From NCBI GenBank assembly GCA_053919585.1, contig CM132799.1: a stretch of DNA of 64,000 nucleotides; one strand, given 5' to 3'. Below are positions 1 through 11,994 of this stretch, one piece after another. The DNA is from Euprymna scolopes (lineage: Eukaryota). The notes beneath the pieces are model-generated. The model saw only the letters and a program-made list of their open reading frames with translations. It ran no database searches and had not been told where the DNA came from. The translations under genes and the position numbers were made by a program. Within the stretch, counting starts at the first letter, position 1. The number at the start of each line of letters is the position of its first letter.

Positions 1-147
1 ATATATATGGTTGACAATGTATCGTTTTTATTTTTCTGATTTGCTTTGGGATGTACCTTTTGTAAGTAACGTTTCACTCTTCGATGAAAAACTTCTGCAC
101 ATAAAAATTATTATGGATTGTATTCTAAGGGAATTACAGCTAAGATC

Positions 148-148
148 A

Positions 149-224
<76 letters not shown>
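148..224. repeat. (ATT)n microsatellite
   Basis: Long run of attattatt with one interruption. Confidence 0.95.
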
Positions 225-226
<2 letters not shown>

Positions 227-1189
227 AATTGGGCTTCTTTAAACGACGGTTATACTGATGTCCTTGTTTAGGCTTGACAGATTGTTATTTACAAGTCCAC
301 TGTCGCGAATAAGCCTTGTTTATAATTGTATTTAGCCTTTTTTATTCGTAGCCTAAAAACTAACTATTGTAGGCACAATTACAGAATTACATACATGCAC
401 ACATACACACACATGCATATATATAAATTATATAAGGCTATAAGCATCTATATAATACTATGACAAGCTGAATTCTGCACAATACCTTCATTAACACGTT
501 TGAAATATTAAAAACTGAGTTTGAAAAGCCAATTTATTTTTTAAGTAAATATAAGTTTTATCAATTAGTATGAAGGTTCTTCTTCACTTTCTTTGAAATT
601 TTCTGTCTCTGACTTTATTTTTTTTTAATTTCTTTCTCGGTTTGCCCTTTGTCGTTCGAACTTTGATCTAAATACGATAAGCGATTTCTACTTCTTTCAA
701 TGAAGAATTAAAATATTCCGTTTTACCGTCCATTATGTGTTTATATAGAAGTGGATCGAAACTAATTTAGCAATTAGCGATTCATGTATAAAATTTCCCA
801 CGTGTCAATGATTACTCCATTGGCGATCATTATTAGCGTAGAAAGCTAATTTGTTTCTTGTAAGAAGTTTCTAGTCGCATATTGAATACTTGCAACAAGT
901 CTGGCGCATTTGAATATATCGAAATCGTGTGTCTAATAACACTCACCAACCCACGNNNNNNNNNNNNNNNNNNNNNNNNNNNNNNNNNNNNNNNNNNNNN
1001 NNNNNNNNNNNNNNNNNNNNNNNNNNNNNNNNNNNNNNNNNNNNNNNNNNNNNNNNNNNNNNNNNNNNNNNNNNNNNNNNNNNNNNNNNNNNNNNNNNNN
1101 NNNGTTGCCCGGGTCTTTGGGGTGTATGTTGAACAAAAAAAAAGTGGTATTAGGGAGGCAGACTCGAACGCGTACTGCGAAGGTGGAAG

Positions 1190-1505
1190 GGAACGTGAAA
1201 AAAACACGTATTATCTTTGCTGTTGCGACCATGGCCAAACCGGAAGTGAGGCAGATAAAAATTAAGGCCAGAAAATCAAAAGAAAAAAGATGATTTTGTA
1301 AAATAACGGCGTTAAATAGCAATTCGTCCCTGTAGAAAAGTGTCCAGTTGAGGGTGAAGGAATCAATGTTTTTAGCCAATGTTTCGGTATTTCTCGTCTT
1401 AAGAGTCGAGCTTAAAAATGATACTGATCGTGTGAAAATCCGTCGCCTCTCTCGAAAGTGTAAGGCAGACATGCAAATATGCATACATACATACTTTAAT
1501 ATATT
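1190..1505. mobile_element. Non-autonomous interspersed repeat (DINE/HINE-like), copy 1
   Basis: 1346-1500 aligns by eye with 13476-13650 (gttgagggtgaaggaatcaatg...gagcttaaaaatgatactgatcgtgtgaaaatccgtcgcct...ggcagacat). It has a terminal palindrome acgtg-aaaaaaa-cacgt near 1193-1209 and a (CATA)n tract at the other end. Confidence 0.55.
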
Positions 1506-1978
1506 GGTAGCTAAAATTTTCGACCCAAACTGGTTAAAAAACTTGCCTTATCTCTGAATACACTTTATGTAAAATTGCAAATGTTTAGACCAGATATTGT
1601 CTGAGTAATTTGGTAAAGACCGCAGACGTAATTAAAAAAAAAAACGTTGACCCCTATTATGAACCGTTAACATTGATAGTTTTGGGCTCAAATGATGTTA
1701 TTGTGTTAGTTGTCTAAGAAACCTATATCTAAGATGTGCAGTGCTTACCCAAACTTGGCGGAAGACTTTGGTAGAGTATCAAGATCAAATCGTTGAACTT
1801 TTAACCTTTAACAACCAAATTTCTGGTCGACAACCGATTACAAATATATTCCCAAGTCTCAGCATTTTGCATACAAATTTCAAATCTGTAGAATAAAAAC
1901 TGACAGAGATATTGTGTAGGGTAATCTACATAGAGAGACACACAGGAACACACACAGACAGACAGAAACTTTCACTTT

Positions 1979-1990
<12 letters not shown>
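1505..1990 (-). mobile_element. Partial non-autonomous Helitron, same family as 11995-12787
   Basis: Shares ttggtaRagaccgcaga, aaacttggcggaRgaNtttggtagagt and caaatttctggYcgaMaaccgatta with 12100-12700. Ends in acagacagacaga...cttttatatatata. Confidence 0.65.
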
Positions 1991-2044
<54 letters not shown>

Positions 2045-2613
2045 TGGTCTTCTATGAGCATACGTTCACGAACTGCCCAGTAAGTTGAAAAGGGCTTACA
2101 ACACTCGTTTGGTCTATTAATCAGGACAGAGACTTTAGAATACATTTGATTCATAAAATTGCCCAGCTCAAGTTACATAAATGCATTATATCAATCTACC
2201 CTCGTTCTTTCATAATTACCATTTGTTATTGAAATTATCTTGTGTTTCACTACTCAATGCCGTATCGCAATTAAAGTCAGTATATATGTATGACATGTTT
2301 GAGTTTAAAATAGTATTTACTTCATGAAACGATCCAAATTTTAATCGCATATTAATTTATCTTGCCTTATCTAACTTTATAATTACTTATCAAATGTTTG
2401 TTACGCGTCACTGTTCAATACGATTTCGTTAATAAAGCTACATCCGTGAAATTGAAATCAATTTTTCATGCTTGTAATGTTTTATCTTTTAAAAATTTCA
2501 AAAACTCTTCTTGGCTCAGTAATTTCTAGTGTAAAATAGGATTTGGGGGCCTTTCGTGCGTTATATTAAAATACACTTTTCATAACTTTAAACTCAGATA
2601 TGTTTTAGAAATG

Positions 2614-2616
<3 letters not shown>

Positions 2617-2687
<71 letters not shown>
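2617..2687. repeat. (TA)n microsatellite
   Basis: Pure TA run. Similar runs occur near 6570, 7377, 13400, 27139, 29615, 30407, 33503, 34371 and 57556. Confidence 0.95.
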
Positions 2688-2689
<2 letters not shown>

Positions 2690-3033
2690 TTATTCGATTG
2701 GCAAAATTTTAGAATAATTATAAAGAAGTGAACCATCACGTAAATTCAATCAACTAAAAAATGGAAAACGGGGTGAGGAAAAGAAAAAAAAGAAAAAAAT
2801 ATATATATAAGTGGCCGTGTGTTTGTGTGTGTGTTTGTGTACGTTTTCCTTCGCAATAACTCTATAAATCTTTAGTCTACAAACTCGAAATTTAGTATAC
2901 AGGGTACTGAGATTTGAGAAAATCGATGTGATCGGTTTCCCGCCCGAAATTTGATATTATACGTATTACTTGAATTGTTAAGCCAATAAAATAAAATAAA
3001 GGTGTAATGCTGTTTACGTGTCAACTGGTAGAA

Positions 3034-3282
3034 GAAACCTCTTAACCACCTGCCATGATAGGGATCGGGACCTGAAACCAACACCGTGAACGAGGAATTC
3101 CTGGTAGGTGCGTGTCAACAGCCCGCGTCGATCACGTCCCTACCCTTTGTACACACCGTGCGTCGCTACTACCGATCGACACTCGTGCATCTCAGACTCG
3201 GTGCTGGATGCCTGGAGAATACGACCGAACCCGATCGTTTAGATGAAGTAAAAGTCGTAACAAGGTTCCCGTAGGATCATTA
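3034..3282 (+). rRNA. 18S: 18S rRNA 3' end, pseudogenic fragment
   Basis: Contains gaacgaggaattcc, ccctttgtacacacc, aagtcgtaacaagg and ggatcatta. It lacks tgaacctgcggaagg of the terminal helix and part of the 5' strand of the penultimate helix. Confidence 0.93.
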
Positions 3283-3602
3283 CCGTTATTTTTTTTACGC
3301 TCGAGCGTCGTGGTCGTCGTAGTCTCAAAATTGTGCAACAAAAAGCGCAGCGAAAGATGTGTGTTCAGCGGAGTTAGCTAGTCCTCTCTTTCTCGCTGCT
3401 TTCGCGTCTACTTCTTTTCGCCCACCGCAACGGCGCAACTGACGGCCGCCATTTTTTTCGTCACCGTCGCTTTTGTTTTGCAGCCGCCGATGCCGCCTTT
3501 CATCATCGCAGCAGGCGCAAAACTCCCGTAACACCTCTTCGCACATACCCCTCGCAAAAACGAACAAACCAAAAACTAAACAAATATAAAAAAAAATTGC
3601 TA
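3283..3602 (+). other. ITS1
   Basis: Spacer between the 18S end (ggatcatta) and the 5.8S start. Confidence 0.85.
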
Positions 3603-3760
3603 AACCCTGGACGGGGGATCACTCGGCTCGTCCGTCGATAAAAAGCGCATCCAACCGCGAGAACTGATGCGAATTGCAGGGCTCAGTGTACATCGACACC
3701 TCGAATGGACATTGCGGCTCCGAGACCCTTTGTCTCAGGGTCACGTCCGGTCGAGAGGCG
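3603..3760 (+). rRNA. 5.8S: 5.8S rRNA (divergent, orphan copy)
   Basis: Contains ggatcactcggctcg, gtcgat, gaattgcagg, catcgacac.tcgaa and cattgcgg motifs, ~158 nt. Confidence 0.92.
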
Positions 3761-4248
3761 GAACGTCACATGTCTTTCCCGTTAACGGAACATCTTGCGG
3801 TCCCTAGTGCCCGCCCGGTCCTCAGCACGGTGGGAACCGGGACGTCGCAGGAGCGAGCGACGAGAATTTTTTTTTCTCTCCCACTTTCACCTCCCGCTGG
3901 CTGACCGCGGAGTCTTTCTCTGCCGACCGTGTGAAGAAACACTGTGGAGGGGAGGAGCAGGAGGAGTCTGTCCGAAAAAGCAGCCGAAAAAGTAACCTTA
4001 CACACTGCCGACGCAAGCGCCGCCTGCTCGTCTCGCTCTCTGTCTTATAAGGGTGTCCGTCTAAGACGACGACGCCTCGAGCAGCGCAACGAGCATGGCC
4101 TTCGCACTTAAAAGGCGGCCGCGCAAAGGCGAGTCGGATGTGTTCCTTTTTTTTCGGTTGGACCGGCGCGATATCGGCCAGCCGAAGACAACACGCGGGC
4201 CGTTCGAGATTCCTCTCCTCTAACCCTGCCCCTTGACCCCAAAAAACG
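3761..4248 (+). other. ITS2
   Basis: Spacer between 5.8S and the 28S start. Confidence 0.85.
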
Positions 4249-4766
4249 CCACCCTCAGCTCGGGCGAGACGACCCTCTAAACTTAAGCATATCGCTAGCG
4301 GAGGAAAAACCAACCGGGAGTCCCTTAGTAACGGCGAGTAAACCAGGACAAGCCCGACGTCGAATACCGTCGCAAGTAACAGGATTCGGGATGTGTGGCA
4401 CATGGGTCGAAGGCAGCCGTTCGTTTTCGTCTTGCGTTGTTCGGAGTTCCTCGATCTAAGCTTCCCGCGTTGGGTGCCAGGCCCATTCGGTGCGGACGGC
4501 GAGCGACGGCCTTCGATCCGAGAGTCGGGTTGCTTGGGAACGCAGCCCAAATCGGGTGGTTAGCTCCATCCAAGGCTAAATACCGGGACGAGTCCGATAG
4601 TCGACAAGTACCGTGAGAGAAAGTTGAAAAAAACTTTGGAGAGAGAGTTCAAGGAAATGTGAAACCGCCCAGGGGTAAACGGGTGGACCGCTCACCGAGA
4701 TCGCGGTGAGACTCAGTCCGGTGCTGCTAGGCTCGAGCCAAAACTCGATGTGTTCTTGAAAGAGAG
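4249..4766 (+). rRNA. 28S: 28S rRNA 5' fragment (D1 to start of D2), truncated
   Basis: Contains ttaagcatat, gcggaggaaaa, agtaacggcgagt, gagtcgggttgcttgggaacgcagccc, caagtaccgtgag and gagagagttcaag. Confidence 0.93.
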
Positions 4767-5810
4767 GCCGGAGCGGAGTCCCCGCTGATATCCCCAATGT
4801 ACGCGCGTGTGACTCCGGACATGTAAGGGCATCACAGACCTATTATCGCTCCGCCTCGTATGGCTTTCTACCACCCGTCATTCTGAGAAGTGCGTGAGAA
4901 AACCGACACGAACCCGAGCGCGACGGAGGAGGCCGAGCACGCCGTAAAAATCACTGGCATCGGCGCACTTGTTAGAAGGCAAGAGGCTCGTTCCTTATCG
5001 GGATCAACCAGACGGATCGCTCCACCAACTAAGAACGGCCATACACCACAACCCACCGAATCGAGAAAGAGCTATAGATCTGTCAATCCTACCGGTGTCC
5101 GGACCGGGTAAGTTTCCCCATGTTAAGTCAAATTAGGTCGCTGGCTCCACTCTTGGTTGTGCCCTTCCCTTCCGTCAATTCCTTTAAGTTTCAGCTAGCA
5201 ACCGCCCCCCCCCGAACCGAACTCTGGTTTCCCGCAGGCTGCTCGCCGGGTCATGGAAGCGCACGCCGCCGGGTCGCCGGTCGACATCATTTACGGTCGG
5301 AACTACGATGTTATCTGATAGTCTTCGAACCTCCAACTTCCGCTCTTGATCGAGGAAAACGGGCTTGCCACACGCCATCGCTGCAGTTCGTCTTGCGACG
5401 ATCCAAAAATTTCACCTCTAACGTCACAATACGAGTGGACCCGGGAGGAAGCGAGGCAGCGGATGAATGCACGACGCAAAACGCCGGCACACAACGAACC
5501 CGTCCCGTTAACTTCATTCCCGGAACCGATGACTGTTCCCAGATCCAGACCCCAACAGGACCGCGTGCCCTTTATGCTAGCCGTTCTCACTGGCAGAAAG
5601 GGCCGGGAATGCGAACGGGCGAACAAAGTCACCGACGGGTAATGGCGCCGCCGCCCTGGGGGCGGCTTGCGCGACCGCGGACCCGAGTTCGGATTACGGG
5701 CTTTTTAACCGCAACAACTTTAATATACACTACCCGAGCTGGAATTATCGCGACTGCTGGCACCAAACTTACCCCACAGTTGGTTCTCGTTAACGGATAT
5801 ATATGTATAC
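4767..5810 (-). rRNA. 18S: 18S rRNA middle fragment (just upstream of the gtgccagcagc motif through V4-V7), inverted relative to 3034-4766
   Basis: Reverse complements of universal SSU motifs are seen on the + strand: ctgctggcacc, tttcacctcta, ccgtcaattcctttaagtttcagc, ccaccaactaagaacggccat, aagggcatcacagacc. Confidence 0.95.
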
Positions 5811-6574
5811 AATTATTTTTTCTATGTACATGAATGTTCAGCGATAAAATAATGGATTAAAGGAGATTTAAATAATATGAGCAATATTAACTTGCATTGA
5901 AATCTCAATCCATAATTCTTATGTCGTTACACAATAGATAATTTCGCTCAATCCGTTAAAGATAAGAAATGACTTTTAAAGACGACGTACAATTGTGGCT
6001 TCGTTTATATGCGAATTCAAATTTACTAGTGAATGCATTGAAAAATAATTCTACAAACATTGCAGTGTAAAAGTAACACAGTTGCAGTCAACCAGAAGGT
6101 CAGAAAAAATAAAATAATAAAATACAGTATAGAAAAAAGAAAAGAAAAGAATAGTGTAAAATTACGTACACATTCACGCTGAAAAAAAAAATTCATATAC
6201 CATCAGGAGAAGGAAGTGTGCACGATTCGCGACAAAAAAATCTGCGACATCCATTCGACATGCAGCCCTAACAAGAAAGTAGCTATTTGTACGGTCTAGC
6301 TTACCAAACAATAAATATTGCGACATTAAATTTAATATATTTTTTTAATATTTATTTAATATTTGTTATATATTTTAGAAAAAAAATACACTTCAATTAC
6401 TTACAAACTATATAAAAATATAAAACGTGTATGTTGATTTTATAATGATATTAAATATTGTTTTATGACGTGTAAACACTTGTTCGTATTATATACAAAG
6501 TTGAAGTTTATAGAAAGATTTATGAGGACAACATTATGAAAAATTATATAATAATAAAAGTAGACTTGTATATA

Positions 6575-6607
<33 letters not shown>

Positions 6608-6782
6608 GATTGCCAGTTTTTGTGATCGAGCATTTATATATTGTTATAACAAAATCAAGACAACAAAGATTGAATTGATTGCTAAAAGTAGTGTATTTTC
6701 ATTGTTCGTTGTAATTGTTTCGCGACCATTCAGACAATTTTAAACCTTATATCGTTTGAAAATATTCGCAAAGTTCAATAGA

Positions 6783-7371
6783 AACATTTCTATTGAACTC
6801 TCAGTCTCGACCTGATTCTTGCGTTACCTACGCACAGTTCAAACGGTTCTAAATACAACACCCATATACAACGTGCGGCTCTATACAGACTTCTTTCTCC
6901 AAATTTATAACATGACAAGGAAAGAGGGAAAGGGAAAAACAAACAGAGTGAAGATGTAGTCTACATCTGAAATATATTTGTGATAAATTGCAAACAAGTA
7001 AAATATTTGTTTATTTTAATAAAATTTCGTTGTGATTTGGTTTCAAACGCAATTGATGCGTATTTTATTTTGTTCAAATTAAAACAACGTTTCTATTGAA
7101 CTCTCATTCTTGACGTTACATTCTTCACATTACATACGCACAGTTCAAACATTTCCAAATGCAACCGACAGATACCACGCGCGGCTCTATACAGACTTCT
7201 TTCTCCAAATTTACAAGAGAGCAAGGGACAAGAAAAAGAAAAAAACATAACAATACACTGAAGATGGAGTCTACCTCTTAAATATATTTGTGATAAAATT
7301 CAAACGAATAAAATATTAGTGTATTTTCCTAATATTACGTTGTAATTTCTTTTCAAACGCACTTGATGCGT

Positions 7372-7375
<4 letters not shown>
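6783..7375. repeat. Diverged tandem duplication, two units of ~300 bp
   Basis: tttctattgaactctca...tacgcacagttcaaac...gcggctctatacagacttct...aaatatatttgtgataaa...tgatgcgtatt occurs at 6787-7065 and again at 7090-7375. Confidence 0.9.
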
Positions 7376-7434
<59 letters not shown>

Positions 7435-7564
7435 CACCTGATGATCATTTTAAAAACATTGATACCATACAGCGATAGGTAAGGATTATTGCCTTACTAA
7501 AAGAATAATGTTCTAATGAAGGTAATATCTTTATATAGTTAATTTTATTTTAACAAATTAAAAG

Positions 7565-7620
<56 letters not shown>

Positions 7621-8861
7621 CATACATATAAAAGTGTGTGCATAAGAATATATATATGTGCATATATATATATATAATATAACCGTTTAATGTTATATTA
7701 ATATAAAAATGTAAAATATATCTGGAAAGTGTATATAAAATACAAATAGTAAAAAAAAGAAATTGTAAAAGAACAAAAAATAAGGAAGAAAAACATCAAA
7801 TAAAGACAATACTGAATTTTTGGTCACAAACTCTAAATAAATAGTTAAATTTAGTAAAATAATAAGTAATGTTTTTTATTACGTCGTAAAATGTTAAATA
7901 ATAAAATATTAGGATAACAAAGTAAAAAGGTAACAGTATAACAGAATGCAAAACACAGTTATTTAAAAAAAAACTTTATACAAAAAGATTATATCATTTT
8001 GTTAGTATTCGGTAATATTCAGGGTATGATAATGTGTTGATATATAGATTCCTAGTTATTATAACAATAAACGCATTACAGTATAACTCAAAAAAGAAAT
8101 TATTCAAATAAAAAAAAACAATTTGAAAATTAAGTATATATTTAAGTGTCGCCCCCCAAAGAGTGAACACTAATATATTAGCACTAGATGTTACATTTAA
8201 GTTCTTATCAAATTGATAAGCGCGTGTTATTTACAATGACTACAATTTGATGATATTTTATTTTTCATTATTTAGAGGTCTATCTCTGCAATTGAATATA
8301 TTACAATAAATTTGTCATTAAGACATATCTAGTAGCGTGAGTTTTAGTATGGGCAATTTAATGTTTACTTTAAAACTCCACATTTATCAATTGGTGTTAG
8401 CTGTTTGCTAGTTCTAAATAAAATAAAGGAAGTTATGTTTAATTATTTGGTTTATATTATTAAAGACGCATACATGATCAGGCTATTTGTAGTAGAAATG
8501 GCAAGCAATATCAACAATTACCAATTAATTTTTATTCGGGTTTTTTTATTATTACTATTGTGGTGTTACACACCACAATAGTAATAAACATTTAAATGTG
8601 CACTTCTATTTACTTATTAAGCTACATATTCAGTGTTTATTCTTTAATTCAGTGTTTCTTCTTCAATTCATATAATATATAATATTTCATCTTACTACTG
8701 TATATTTAATATGTTTCTTTGCTACGTCACCAATCTTCATTTTTATCATTTTATTTGCATTTACAATTTGGTTTTACACATTTAAAATATATCATTAACA
8801 TAATTTTTATATTTTTTCTAAAAACTATAGATATTTGTACATAATGTATTATATGTATATG

Positions 8862-8900
<39 letters not shown>

Positions 8901-9479
8901 ATGATATCTATTTTATTTTTCTCTCTTTATATTGTCTGCAACATTATAAAAACGCCATAGAAGAAGATGCGGACAACAAGTCTCGATAAAGATAATATAC
9001 AAAAAAGTGGAATACAAAGGAAGGTTGACGGTACATTGAAAATGGTACGTTTGATAATCAGTAGTCTCTGGTTAGATCGCTATATTTCCCAGACAAAGGT
9101 TTTAGCGTTGTGGTTGATATGTTTAGCAGAGGCAAATATGCCTGTGAATAGATAAGTCTCCATAGAAACCCCTATCTAAATATTTTACTCACCTAAGACT
9201 TATTTTTCATTCGATCGTTAAAGGGTCAGTGAATGTATCTTTCCTTCTAAACTAGCTCCGTTCATGTTTCGACATGGAACGTTTCGTATATCAGTAGTGT
9301 CTGCTTCTTTGTAAAGTGCATTGTATGAGGCTTAAAACAAACGCTTTTTTATCTTATTGGCGTGTCTGACAAATGTTTGATCAATATATACTGTATTTTT
9401 AAGTCTTTGGTCTAATGTGATCAGTTCTTCGGAGTTTTAAGTCATATGTAAGTAAGTTATTTATTTATAAGCCCTATAG

Positions 9480-10480
9480 ATATCATTTTCCTCGTAAGAT
9501 GTAGTGTTTCGTTGGACACATAGAAGTGCATCGTTTTGCATATTTTGCATACATCGTTTTCATAACAAGTCGTGTCCTTAAATAGTGTTGTCGCTAGAAG
9601 TAACTTTCATGGTGCGTTCGGATTCATTGTGACTCTATAAACATGTAGAAACTGTTATAATGAATTTTTAGTAGGTGAGCAGTATGCTTTTCTCAGGACA
9701 GTCTTGAAAATTCCTGTAAGCATTCAGCAATCATATTATATCGTGGATTGCATAGGTAATCCGTTACATGTTTACGTTGGAAGATCTCAAAAGAATCTTT
9801 GACATCTGTGAACGTAAATTGTGTTCTGTTTTCATTTACAAACTTAAAACCAGCCAAATTATTCATGGACGAAATAAATAATTACTCCCGTGGTGGGTCT
9901 TTCAAATCTGATTATTTTTGCGTATTTTATGTAGCTGTCCACCATGAATAAATAACATCTATACTCCAATGGCCATTCAGAGCAGATATTAATTCCAGAC
10001 TAAGGTTGATCTGTTAGGGGAACAGTTTAAGTGGCACTGAGATCATCTTTGATATTAAAGCGCACCCATTTTATAAACCAACCAAGTTTTCATTGCCATC
10101 GTCATTTTTTTCCTTATATACGAAATTACACGGGATTATTCCTTCTGTTTATTCCAGAATGGTCCATATGTATCACATTCCTTATTTTTTTGCAATGTTA
10201 TTTTTAAATGACAACTTGTTCATTCATAGAAAATCTTTTTTTTTATAATTAGTCTGTATTTTTAATGTGTTGTTTCCTAGTACTAACAAACTGGTATTTT
10301 TCCTAATCGTATGTAATTACACTTCGCGTGAATAGATTGTTTATGATAATATTGTACATCGTCGTTTTGTTTATCACAAATGATACGCGTGGAAGCGATT
10401 ATTGGATCCTCACGGATTTTTACTCTGTCTCAGGACAAATTTTGAGAATGCGTTCGACTGTGCTTTCTACTTTTTATAGA
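9480..10480 (-). pseudogene. Highly decayed Gypsy integrase remnant
   Basis: Hand translation of the minus strand across stops and frameshifts gives, in the right order: IHMDHSGINR (H-x-GHPGI), YLFMVDSYIKY..TT, VNENRTQFT (SDNGTQFT), HVTDYLCNPRYNMIAE (H.T..PYHP.SNG.AE), QFLHVYRVTMNPN. Confidence 0.7.
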
Positions 10481-11994
10481 ATTGAAATGCTACAAAATAT
10501 AAATCGTAGTTACTGCTCATTAACTGAACTACACTTTTGATAGGATGCCATTTTTTTGTAACTATTTCAAACCTTTTTATTATTTTCTCTGAGGTTTTGT
10601 AAGTAGCTTAATCGTCTTATTTATGTTTACTAATGAGTGTTCACTAAGTATTTCAACACGTTTAGTACTTTTTTTCTAATGAGGTTTGGCAAGTATTTCA
10701 ACCCTTTCCTTACTTTTTTCATGTGAGTTTTTTTTGTAAATATTTCAACCCTTTTATTAATAATATTTCAATGAAGGGAACCGCACATTTAACATAAAAT
10801 TTCTGAATTACTAATCGCATATTCTACTTCCAGGAGAATAAGCTTATATTCATGTATCTTCCCAAACCGGTTAAGAAAAGTTCAGGAAAATAATTATTTT
10901 TTATTTTGATTTTCCTTCCCAGTGATGGCAGGTTCGACTTTTTTAGAATATGTATTTATGAGCAAATTACAAAATGTAATTGCTGCATAACGTCTTTCCT
11001 AAAAAGCTTTCCTGTGTTCTTAACAAAGAAACATGACATTGCTTAGGCGTTTCTTAAATGAAACATAAGTGATTAGTTCACCTTAACAATGTATGGCCTG
11101 CCCAGCCAGCGTACTGGTTTTTCCTTACAAGAATGTGTTGGTATATTTATAGAATTTCCGCTATGCATGAAGTTTTTGGATCGATAAGTCTTATACCGAA
11201 TCTAACTAAAACTTTCAGTTTTTATTAAGTATTTTGCAAGCGAGTATTTCCATGTCCTTTTCTCGCACTTTTCACTTTTTCTAATGTGTTGTCTTTGAAT
11301 TTTAATTCTGTTTATTTTTGCTTTATAGAGTGTGCTGAATAAGGCTAGAGAGCTATATGTTTATTTTAGATTCTTGCATCTAAGTATAATTTTTGGTTCT
11401 TTTCAAATAACTACAATAATTTTTCGTACATATAATAGGCAATAGATGTTTTGAGTTTATAAAAAATACGAAGTTTGTATCCATTAAACTATATGCAAGT
11501 GTATACCGACTAANNNNNNNNNNNNNNNNNNNNNNNNNNNNNNNNNNNNNNNNNNNNNNNNNNNNNNNNNNNNNNNNNNNNNNNNNNNNNNNNNNNNNNN
11601 NNNNNNNNNNNNNNNNNNNNNNNNNNNNNNNNNNNNNNNNNNNNNNNNNNNNNNNNNNNNNNNTATATGTGTGTGTGGGGGGCGNNNNNNNNNNNNNNNN
11701 NNNNNNNNNNNNNNNNNNNNNNNNNNNNNNNNNNNNNNNNNNNNNNNNNNNNNNNNNNNNNNNNNNNNNNNNNNNNNNNNNNNNNNNNNNNNNNNNNNNN
11801 NNNNNNNNNNNNNNNNNNNNNNNNNNNNNNNNNNNNGTACATAATTCTGAAGCGATTCTCAATAAAAGATCACCATGTAATAAGGCTAAAGATTTTTCAT
11901 CTATTTTTTTCAGGACGAAAAGGCAGGGAAAACTAAAGTATAACAAATAGAAGAGAGGAAAAGAAAAACATTTTAATCAGTTTTTATTTAATAA

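Noticed and set aside
833-1484. ORFs containing X runs (also 11380-11950, 24146-24640, 56916-57243)
   Set aside because: They are open only because they cross N gaps.
3086-5833. ORFs of up to 242 aa in the GC-rich block
   Set aside because: They overlap rRNA/ITS sequence and are by-products of high GC content.
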